Part shown: piece after piece, positions 31,401 to 38,123 of the stretch
Position numbering within the stretch: the first letter of the stretch is position 1
Layout: every line of letters begins with the position of its first letter
Source: Candidatus Latescibacterota bacterium
Lineage (GTDB): Bacteria; Latescibacterota; UBA2968; UBA8231
Assembly: GCA_965223905.1 (NCBI GenBank)
Contig: CBDCXV010000009.1
Coordinates: 800,001-864,000 of the forward strand
DNA: 64,000 nucleotides
Reading direction: 5' to 3'
The notes under the pieces: generated by a model
What the model was told of the DNA's origin: nothing
What the model saw: the letters and a program-made list of their open reading frames with translations, nothing else
Databases searched by the model: none
Program-made: the position numbers and the translations under genes

Positions 31401-32251
31401 GCTATGTGTACCCCAGCGGCGTATCCGGCACCAGCTTCAACTACGGCGGCAACGTGGAGGTCATTCCACCGTATACACACAACGGCAGAACCTGGTCTTT
31501 CGGGCGCCTGGTGATCGGCGACAATCCAACCCGCCGGGACTGGGCAATGGACCGCTGGCAGTTTGCCTTCTTCGAGTCACAAGGTGTGCAGGGGCCGCCG
31601 ATCGAGGTAGACACGAGCTGGCTCACGGTCTCCCATGTCGATGAGCTGTTCTCGGCGCTTCCCAACCACAATGCGGCGCCGGGAGAGAGACCCTGGGTCA
31701 TCGCCATCGCCTCGCCCGCGCTGGCCGTCGAGTTGCTCGAGGAGGCAGTGGAGCAAGGCTACGGCGACGCGCCCGTATTCGAGGGCCGCGGGTCTGATGA
31801 AACCACGGCACAGGAGATGCTGGCCGACCGCCGCCTCATGGCCGCAAACGACGACGCACAGCGGCGGATCGACACCGTGCGGGAGCGATTGATGACGGAG
31901 GCGGGCCTTGCGGACAGCGACTTCCGGGAAGTGCCGGCCCTGTTCTACGAGTTTTTCCACAATGAACTGTCTTATGGAATGCTGGCTCTGGTTCCCAGCA
32001 TTCAGAACCTGCTCGTGGTCGACGACGTGCTGTTCGTCTCCGACCCGGAGGGGCCGGACGTGGACGGAACGGACATATTGCAACAGGCGACTCTCGATGC
32101 GGTGGAAGGCCTTGGCCTGGAAACCCATTTCGTCGACGTCTACCACAGCTACCACATCCTGGCCGGGGCCATCCACTGCGGGACCAACGCCGAGCGCGCA
32201 GCATCGACCACTTCCTGGTGGCTCGGCGTCGAAACGGAGGACTCCGAATGA
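23036..32251 (+). CDS. giant surface/secreted protein: FlgD-Ig/T9SS-CTD-like, dockerin-like, two YWTD (LDLR class B) propellers, Ig/cadherin/FN3/PKD repeats, C-terminal protein-arginine deiminase
   Basis: QNYPNPFNPST; GDVDGNGRVDLADAL x2; about 12 LYWTD repeats; cadherin (..EN...IG.PV.ATD) and FN3 (SLTVTW..P..Y.VQYR) repeats; PAD motifs DRWIQD, GGNVEVIPP, WLTVSHVDE and GAIHCGTN. Confidence 0.9.
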   Translation: MRPTLRLENPIDTSRILAARRSWASFPGAGGFGWLLAVLGCLAAPGSGAAAAAGAEPLLEGRVLLSSGAPAAGVRVRLFAELGRSLGATADESGYFALPLNALRKAAPLPARLRLGQNYPNPFNPSTIIPYQLPAPARVRLEVFNILGQRVATLVDGARPAGFHTATWNGTDASGRGVGSGVYLYRLLGGGERLTRSMVLLDGPVVPAGGGGSGGAGDPWSGGADGAGAPAAGTGAEADAGSFGGADSWSGAAGTAGHAAESEADPWGGAVGSADGFVSAGHPPGSAAGGAVSGGAADPSDKPAGAGGTGPEKWAPAGGAASGGASAAGPTGGMGARASARGDGRVYGLTVSGPGLVPWVDPAFRVGAGPVEIQVQPLSSRPRGKVAAGGLLGDVDGNGRVDLADALLVASYSEDPTLSLPTGDISLGDVNGDGQVNLADARLIEAYHADPSDPSLPEGIGAPVAAADAPMLYWTDAGSDRIQRARLDGSGVEDVVDSGLVNPRGLAVDSAAGKLYWSDYGSDRIQRSNLDGSDIEDLVTAGLQIPLALALDAAGGKLYWTDNGTDRIQRANLDGTEIEDLVTGLRTPLGLALDAAAGKLYWTDSGADRIQRAELDGSEIEDLVTEGLQIPRGLALDTAGGKLYWADSGTDRIQRANLDGTEIEDLVTTGLGTPRGLALDVSAGKLYWADSSTDRIQRSNLDGSEIEDLVTEGLLSPRGLALARTLSTDNQAPALEPLADRTAATGDSLTLELAGSDPDGDALTYTASSGDEAVATAEAADSLVTLRLLAVGETAVTVTARDPGGLQATRTFTVTVQASNEPPLAVPWLYWSDARTDRIQRAELDGSDIRTLVGGLGQPRDLALDRDGGRMYWTDSGADKIQRAHLDGSRVEDLVTEGLKEPFGLALDKAGGKIYWSDWGTDKIQRSNLDGSEIEDLVATGLNEPYGLALDLEEGKIYWTDWGADKIQRANLDGSEVEDLVTGLNQPRGIALDLEEGRMYWPDWGTDKIQRANLDGSGVEDLVTEGLKTSQAIALDLEEGRMYWTDYGTDKIQRAHLDGSQVEDLVTSGLKEPYGLTLGAGLPAQILKVEGDAATLNLAGRFRDPEGGPLTLTATSSDEAVAAATLADSVLTIAPVAPGQVTVAVTARDQGGRHTTLPVPVTVYPANRPPVARTLADRRIRIDRPARVDLTSAFTDPDETDVLTYTAASSNEAVATAAVEGVGVLITPKTTGQMTIAVTARDPEGLEASLSFRVTVEPKPPPKPPPRPPSDSSSSNDSGGGGGPVTPPRPPPPPPPPPPPPPGPNNAPTFDEGPAATRSVAENTGANRNIQHPVRATDDGHRLTYRLSGTDEARFAVVSGSGQLRTRSGVTYDFEAKDRYEVTVEVDDPYGGTDAIDVTVHVADIDEPPQAPGRPQVDPASSTSLTVTWTEPANTGPDVHDYDVQYRKSGSFLPWPHTGPGTAATIPDLEVNTRYEVQVRAHNDEGESSWSASGFGTTSANQRPVFDESAPTRSLDENTTGTQDIGAPVRATDPENTALTYRLSGRDASSFTLDENNGQLRTRPGVAYDFETRSRYSVTVEATDEPGGGTTVTVTIELIDDDNERPDRPDRPTVTASTLNSLSIRWTAPANTGPDIHDYDVQYSEDGGTFGDWPHTGPGTSTTITSLTADTRYQVQVLARSPEGESLWSQSVEVRTVANQAPTFSEGSRTSRSLDENTAGTNDIGNPVTATDNDGGTLDYRLAGTDAAHFDLDANDGQLETRSGETYDFEEKARYEVTVRVEDGQGGSNTIEVTINLRDETEPPEDPAAPSVSAASSTSLTVTWAEPATTGPDISDYDVQYREGDSGSFSSWSHNSAERTATITSLTPDTDYQVQVLARNAEGASDWSSSGTGSTDPNQLPVFTDGSSATRRLDENTTGVEDVGDLVGATDPENTPLTYSLEGTDADAFAIDTRSGQLRTDGDETYDYETKPRYVLRVKATDGHGRDRTIPVLISLNDLNEAPEFISDAAFEAAENQTFAGLVEAEDLDGADRVTNYTLTGGADQDRFEINSAGVLAFKDDPDFEKPADSGRNNTYNVAVTATGGSGGRALTAEQAITVTVTDENEPPAFTSDDAFTVKENERFAGRVAAGDVDRDDAITGYEVTGGADGSRFEIANTHELRFKEDPDFERPADAGGSNEYSVVVEATGGTGIRELTATQTVTVIVEDVDEPPGKPEPPTIAARKRNSLTVRWTAPANTGPDIADYGGQYGIAGSGTVEGGWDRVGTATEATVDNLSADTAYEIQVRATSAEGKSGWSEPAEGRTEENRVPVFGEGPSTRRELAENTAAHVNVGLPVTATDADADRLIYSLERPAESPFTIDSPSGQLKTRDGVAYNHEEQSEHAVTARVEDGHGGSATIVVTVAILDVENSAITADAGWDLTVAAGGTGYLDGTGSSTEEGELSWSWSLLSWPGDDPPALDDPASPTPSFAAAAEGTYAVRLAVSNGSQSASDEVLVTVRPSAEAGLLVTADLLADTNRDGRVDPSDEPGENTSTEASGALFGLNADDDDGDGVQDGWDDRANGDADLLDTAPVVVRRISGLHRNHSVVLEMAYQSVLQDEFAWTSVGPQLFYQRADGDVELLIAGGDLRAELPIDQLVAGDLRLYIESRFGRHLHFDGKLSLTLTVRDGGSAISQDRVVLRASPILFSHHLQPAERVFVVGIPAWDSLSNTALLDALEAHLPASTELYRLDSSTYDNDRWIQDSMETGYVQRPSAAGVETAAVHTQMLRGRGLHRFLPEEYLSAEVGYVYPSGVSGTSFNYGGNVEVIPPYTHNGRTWSFGRLVIGDNPTRRDWAMDRWQFAFFESQGVQGPPIEVDTSWLTVSHVDELFSALPNHNAAPGERPWVIAIASPALAVELLEEAVEQGYGDAPVFEGRGSDETTAQEMLADRRLMAANDDAQRRIDTVRERLMTEAGLADSDFREVPALFYEFFHNELSYGMLALVPSIQNLLVVDDVLFVSDPEGPDVDGTDILQQATLDAVEGLGLETHFVDVYHSYHILAGAIHCGTNAERAASTTSWWLGVETEDSE

Positions 32252-33327
32252 GGATTTTCGCATCCCCGTTGGCCGCCTCGCTCTGGGTTCTGTCTGCCGC
32301 TACGGCGATGGCCCAGGCACAGCCCGCCTCGGAATTGGTCGAAAGCCTGCTCGACGAGCGCGGAGACGCCTACGTGGCGGCCCGCGAGGCGTTGCTGGAC
32401 CGGCAGGACATCGTCGACGTGGCCCGGGCAGCCCTGGAATCGACGGCCTACGGACCTTCGACCTGGCTGCCCCTGGTCCTCACCGAGGCGCTGGCCATGC
32501 ACGTGACCCACCGGGAGGAAGCCGAACGCCTGCAGGACCTTGAGGGACTGGACAGCGGCCGCTACCTGCTGAGCAGAGTGCCGGCCCCCTCGGCGGCGCG
32601 CGAGCTGAGCCGGTTGCGGCACGTCGCCCCCCTCATGATCGAGCTCTTCTTGAAGGGCGTGGAGACCTATGAGTGGTCGAGCGCGGCCACCGCGGAAGCG
32701 GAGGAGGAGGCGCTGCGGCGGGACCTGCTCGTGGCCATCGGCCGATCGGACCACCCGGCGAGCGTCTACTTCCTGACGGATGTGATCGAAGGAGGATGCG
32801 CCTGTTGCGAGTCCTGCAACACGGCGGTCACTGCGCTTGGCGAAACCGGGTCCATCCAGGCTTTGCCGGTCTTGCTCGAATTCCTGGACGAAGCCCGCGG
32901 CGACAAGGACGTGGAAGAATACGCGACCGCGGTCGCAGCGCTCGGCAGGATACGAAATGCCCGGATCTGGCCTTATCTCGAGGTGGAATTGGACAGCGCC
33001 GACCCGCGCATACGAGAAGCGGCCGTTCGCAGCGCCGGCGCCTACGGAAGCCGCTGGTACTGGAGGGACAAGCCGGTCCAGGGTGCCGGGATCCGTGCCG
33101 CCATCGGGTCGTCCTTGCTCGACGTGCTCTCCGGGGCGGAAGACGAAGGGGTTGTTCTGGCGACACTGGAGTCGATCGGCAGCGTGGCAACGACGGAGCT
33201 TCGGGATCTGCTCGAACAGAAGCGGACCCGTTCGCGCGGGGTGGAACAACACCGGTTGCAACGGGCATTGGACCGGGTGAACCGGACCCTGGCAAGGGAG
33301 CAGGGCGGCATGGACGGGGCGCGTTAG
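32248..33327 (+). CDS. secreted HEAT-repeat protein
   Basis: ATGA overlap with the PAD gene; signal peptide ending AMA/AQA; HEAT repeats (AVTALGETG, AVAALGRI, IREAAVRS); CACCESC motif. Confidence 0.75.
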   Translation: MRIFASPLAASLWVLSAATAMAQAQPASELVESLLDERGDAYVAAREALLDRQDIVDVARAALESTAYGPSTWLPLVLTEALAMHVTHREEAERLQDLEGLDSGRYLLSRVPAPSAARELSRLRHVAPLMIELFLKGVETYEWSSAATAEAEEEALRRDLLVAIGRSDHPASVYFLTDVIEGGCACCESCNTAVTALGETGSIQALPVLLEFLDEARGDKDVEEYATAVAALGRIRNARIWPYLEVELDSADPRIREAAVRSAGAYGSRWYWRDKPVQGAGIRAAIGSSLLDVLSGAEDEGVVLATLESIGSVATTELRDLLEQKRTRSRGVEQHRLQRALDRVNRTLAREQGGMDGAR

Positions 33328-33525
33328 TCGATGGTACCCTTCCCCCGGAATTCAATCGTCCTTGAAGTAAAGCGCACCGGCAGAGGTTGTCGAGGAAAGG
33401 TCGAATTTGTAAAATTACTTATGAGCCAACATCGCTACTCACCAATTTTCCCATGACCCCCCCATGGCGCCCGTGACCCTATAGAAGAGCAACTGAAACA
33501 CGAAGGGCACCACAAGGAGAAGCAG

Positions 33526-34448
33526 ATGGCTAACCCTGAAATCGATGAAACGGAACCCCTGAAGGAAGTCGAAGACGAAGAAGATGATTCGGTAGCACCG
33601 GTACGCTATGGAATTACCAGCTTCGGGGTAGATTTCGATGTCGAGGGGCTGTGCCGCCGGATTGGACGTGGAGAAATCGTCGTTCCGCCTTTCCAACGAA
33701 GTTATGTCTGGAGTATGCGACAGGCATCGAGATTCATTGAATCCCTGCTGTTGGGCTTGCCGGTTCCCGAAATCTTTTTGTCACGTGACTTTGATTCAGA
33801 AAAATATGTGGTTATTGACGGGCAACAGCGCCTGAAAACCATACAGTTCTTCTACGACGGCAATTTCAGTCTATCCACTGAGGAAAATTCAGGGAAAACT
33901 TTCAAGTTGATAGGGGTCCAGCAGGAATTCGAAGGTCTAACGTACGAGCAACTGCCACCCGGCGACCAGTTTCGTCTCAACAACTCCGTCATTCACGCGA
34001 CAGTTGTGAAACAGGATGTGCCATCGAAGGACAATACGAGTGTGTACCACATCTTCGACAGGATCAACAGTCACGGAGTTCGCCTGACTCCCCAAGAGAT
34101 GCGCAGCGCTATTTATCACGGAAGGCTTATCGACAGATTGGGCACTCTTAACGATAACCCCATCTGGCGGTCTGTCTTCGGAAGAAGGAATTTGATCATG
34201 CGCTAGGAAGTGGCGCTTTCCGGCCCGACCGCGCCCTGAACGCCGCAGTGTTCGATTCAATGTCGGTCGCATTGGCTCAGAAAATAGTCTCATCGGAACG
34301 CGCTCCAAAGCCTGAAGATATAAAAATGGCACACGCTGATCTGCTAAGTGACCTCGAATACCAGGAGGCTGTATCCCGCACCACGGCAAACGAGCACTCT
34401 GTGAGAACACGCATGAAAAAAGCCATGGAACGCTTCGGGTCCTTGTAA
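33526..34448 (+). pseudogene. DUF262 (GmrS/ParB-like) domain protein with internal deletion
   Basis: PPFQRSYVW, SRFIESLLLGLPVP, VIDGQQRL and IFDRIN..G..LTPQE.R motifs; at ~34190 it jumps out of frame into a C-terminal piece AFRPDRALNAAVFDSM...RFGSL. Confidence 0.82.
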
Positions 34449-34449
34449 G

Positions 34450-34614
34450 ATGCGCAACCGTGAACTACTAAGCCAGCTTAATTCCCTGGAATCGTTGAGC
34501 AACCGCCACCAGATCGCGCATGGAAAAAATGGTCGAATTTCCGTTGTACGGGTAAGGAACTATCTGCTCGGCTGTGTGGAAGTGATTGAATTCATAGAGG
34601 GGCAATTGCAGTGA
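34450..34614 (+). pseudogene. HEPN-domain protein reduced to 54 aa by an apparent in-frame deletion
   Basis: MRNRELLSQLNSLESLS-NRHQIAHG-...IEFIEGQLQ*; Rx4H HEPN motif; starts 1 nt after the DUF262 stop. Confidence 0.7.
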
Positions 34615-35290
34615 ATCCGAAATGCGGTTTGTTCCGAGGATGGTTCGCCCTGTCTGGCTGGGTGCTAAACGATTTTCTCCCTGCACAGCCTGACCGGCCC
34701 TGATCTCCATAGCTTTGCCCATCCCCGATTTTCAAGGGGTCTGCTCAGCGGCTCAAAAGGCGGTAGGCGGAAGACTGCTGGAAGACCTGATTCCTCCTGT
34801 TCCTGCCAATCCCAAGAAATCGCACAACACCCTTCGTTTTTGATTTTGCTCCCGCCTCAGACCCGCTCCACCCGCGGCTGCGCCTTCCCGTGGGTGGGGT
34901 CCCAGAGGTAGCCGCGCCGCTTCTCTCCCTCCGTAGGTAGTCTCCAAGTAGACCGCCCGCACCGGCTCGCTAACGAGCGGGAAGTCGTGGTGGTGCCCCA
35001 TCCCGGTGGCCACGCCGTCCCCTGCGGACACCTCGTACTTCATCTCTTCCGAATACGGCGACGCCGCTGCCGGGAGAACAGGATCCAGTACTCGTCGCAG
35101 CCCTTCTCGAGTCCGTCGAGGAGGGGCTGCCGGGTTTCGCGGACCGCCTTTCGGCCGGGTGCGACGCCGGCCCCTTGCCCTGGTTGCTGCTGTTCCCCCC
35201 GGCCGGGCTGTCTGCCTGTCGGCGGGCTGCGGATGCGGGCCCTCCCCGCTGATTCGACCGCACGGGCCCACTTCCTGCCGTGCCCTTTTG

Positions 35291-35539
35291 TGTCGCAAAG
35301 TGAGACAGGCGTCGCATATCGCGACACATGGCCCTCCCTGCCGCCCCTGGGTTTATATAACCCGTTTATAAACAGTTGGTTGAACAGTTGACTCCCCTTC
35401 GTACAACCCCCGGAGCAGGCGCAGGAGTGTTTCAAAATGCGACACTCGACCCCTTTTCCCCGGCTTCTCCTGAATTTCTTCAACTCGTTTATCTGCAAGT
35501 AGTTAGCTTGATTTCTTCCCAGATGGCACAGTCTTTGCA
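35291..35539 (+). promoter_or_regulatory. second copy of sigma54 promoter, IHF-like site and enhancer boxes
   Basis: TGGCACAGTCTTTGCA at 35524-35539; boxes at 35291, 35310 and 35428; CAAGTAGTTA near 35496. Confidence 0.85.
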
Positions 35540-35610
35540 TACATCCACAGGATCCGAACGCGCAGGCCCCCGGTGCGTTCCTGCCGGGGCTTCGGCACCC
35601 CCGGTCCTGC

Positions 35611-37992
35611 ATGCGGCCGACCTTGCGACTGGAGAACCCCATCGATACCTCCCGCACTCTGGCGGCCCGGCGCTCCTCGGCCTTTTTCCCGGGTGCCGGC
35701 GGTTTCGGATGGCTGCTGGCGGTGCTCGGCAGTCTCGCGGCACCGGGGTCAGGCGCCGCCGACGCCGCCGGGGCCGAGCCGCTGCTGGAGGGTCGGGTGC
35801 TTCTGTCCTCGGGCCCCCCGGTGGCCGGGGCCCGGGTGCGGCTGTTCGTCCAGGGCGACCTGGGGCGCTCGCTGCGGGCCACGGCGGATGAGAGCGGCTA
35901 CTTCGCCTTTCCCCTGAAGGCCCTGCGCCGTGCCGCGCCCCTTCCGGCGCGCCTGCACCTGGGCCAGAACTACCCCAACCCGTTCAATCCCTCGACCATC
36001 ATCCCCTATCAGGTACCGGTGGCGACCCGTTTGCGCCTGGAGGTGTTCAACATCCTGGGTCAGCGGGTGGCGACCCTGGTCGACGGGGAGCGCCCGGCCG
36101 GTTTCCACACGGCGACCTGGAACGCGACCGATGCCTCGGGGCGAGGCGTGGGCTCGGGGGTGTACCTGTACCGTCTGCTGGGGGGCGGGGAGCGCCTGAC
36201 GCGGTCGATGGTGCTGCTGGACGGACCGGGGGTCCCGGGGGGTGGAGGGGGTTCGGGCGGGGCGAGGGCTTCGGCCCGCGGCGAGGAGAAGCTCTACGGA
36301 CTAATAATCTCGGGTCCTGGGCTGGTCCCCTACGTCGACCCGGCCTTCCGGGTGGGGGCCGGTCCGGTCGAGATCCAGGTCGAAACGCTGTCCCGCCTGC
36401 CCCGCGCAAAGGTGGCCTCCGGGGGTCTGCTGGGCGACGTCAACCGGGACGGCCGGGTCGACCTCGCCGACGCCCTGCTCATCGCCTCCTACAGCGAGGA
36501 TCCGACCCTGTCCCTTGCCAACGGCGACATCACCCTGGGAGACGTCAACGGGGACGGCCAGGTCGATCTCGCCGACGCCCGGCTCATCGAGGCCTACCAC
36601 GCCGATCCGTCCGACCCGTCGCTGCCGGAAGGGATCGGCGCCCCGGTGGCCGCGGCGGATGCGCCGATGCTCTACTGGACGGACGCGGACGGCGACCGCA
36701 TTCAGCGCGCAAACCTGGACGGCTCCGGGATCGAGGATGTCGTCGACAGCGGCCTGGTCAATCCGCGCGGCCTGGCCGTGGACTCAGCGGCCGGCCAGCT
36801 CTACTGGACCGACTACGGCAGCGACCGCATCCAGCGGTCCAACCTCGACGGCTCCGAAGTGGAGGACCTGGTGACCACCGGTCTGCGCATCCCCTTGGGG
36901 CTGGCCCTGGACACGGTCGCGGGCCAGCTCTACTGGACCGACAATGGCACGGACAAGATCCAGCGCGCCAATCTCGACGGCTCCGAAGTGGAAGACCTCG
37001 TCACCGGCCTGCAGACGCCGTTGAGCCTGGCTCTCGACACGGCCGCGGGCAAGCTCTACTGGACCGACAGCGGCAGCGACCGGATCCAGCGGGCCAACCT
37101 CGACGGCTCCGAAGTGGAGGACCTGGTGACCACCGGCCTGGACCTTCCCCGGGGGCTGGCCGTGGACGCAGCCGGCGGCAAGCTCTACTGGACGGACAAC
37201 GGCACCGACCGGATCCAGCGCGCCAACCTCGACGGCTCCGAGGTGGAAGAGCTGGTGACCGAGGGACTGCACACGCCCCGGGGCCTGGCCCTCGATCCGG
37301 ACGCGGGCAAGCTCTACTGGACGGACAGCGGCACCGGCAAGATCCAGCGGTCCAACCTCGACGGCTCCGGAATCGAAGACCTGGTGACCGAGGGCCTGCT
37401 GAGTCCGCGGGGCCTGGCCCTGGTGCGAACCGCTGGGGCGGTCGGCAACCGGGCCCCCACCTTGGCGCCACTGGCCGACCGGACCGCGGCGGCCGGCGAC
37501 ACCCTGACCCTGGCGGCGGCCGCCAGCGACCCGGACGGCGACGCCCTGACCTACGCGGCTTCATCGAGCGACGAGGCGGTAGCCCGGGTCGAGGCGGCCG
37601 ATTCCCTGGTGACCGTCTACCCGCTGTCCGCGGGCCGGGCCACGATTGCGGTGACCGCCCGCGACCCGGAGGGCCTGGAGGCGGTGCAGCGCTTCGCCGT
37701 CCTCGTCGGAGCCGCGAACCTCGGGCCCGTCCACCGGCTCTACTGGACGGACGCGGAGGCGGACCGGATCCGGCGGTCTCACCTGGACGGCTCCGGGGTG
37801 GAGGACGTCGTCGACAGCGGCCTGGTCAACCCGCGCGGCCTGGCTCTGGACGCAGTCGCCGGCAAGCTCTACTGGACCGACTACGGCAGCGACCGGATTC
37901 AACGGTCCAACCTCGACGGCTCTCAAGTGGAAGACCTGTCCACTGTTTTGGTATTTCATACCATTTCCTACCCAACCGTAAAGTTTCTGTAA
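35611..37992 (+). pseudogene. paralogous YWTD-repeat surface protein, interrupted at ~37938 by the integrated element
   Basis: Same N-terminal architecture as 23036; the YWTD repeat breaks at ..NLDGSQVEDL| into AT-rich unrelated sequence. Confidence 0.85.
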
Positions 37993-38052
37993 TCGACTGT
38001 ATTTAAATCGTTTACGGCTTATACGTAGTTTCCTGACGTTTCATAAGATCCC

Positions 38053-38081
38053 TTGACATGGCGGTAATTTTGTGATAACGT
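38053..38081 (+). promoter_or_regulatory. sigma70-type promoter of the integrase
   Basis: TTGACA-17 nt-TAACGT with TGn extension; RBS AAGGA before ATG 38124. Confidence 0.55.
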
Positions 38082-38123
38082 GGGACATAACTCACGGACG
38101 CCAACAAGGAAGAACATCGACCC

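Noticed and set aside
34753-35100. Gene on the minus strand upstream of the second leader
   Set aside because: Only a short stretch looks protein-like; no credible start or family motif
22536-37937. Diversity-generating retroelement template/variable pair
   Set aside because: No reverse transcriptase in the window, and differences between the copies are not confined to adenines
37938-38123. tRNA/tmRNA at the integration site
   Set aside because: No cloverleaf, T-loop GTTCGA or CCA end recognisable
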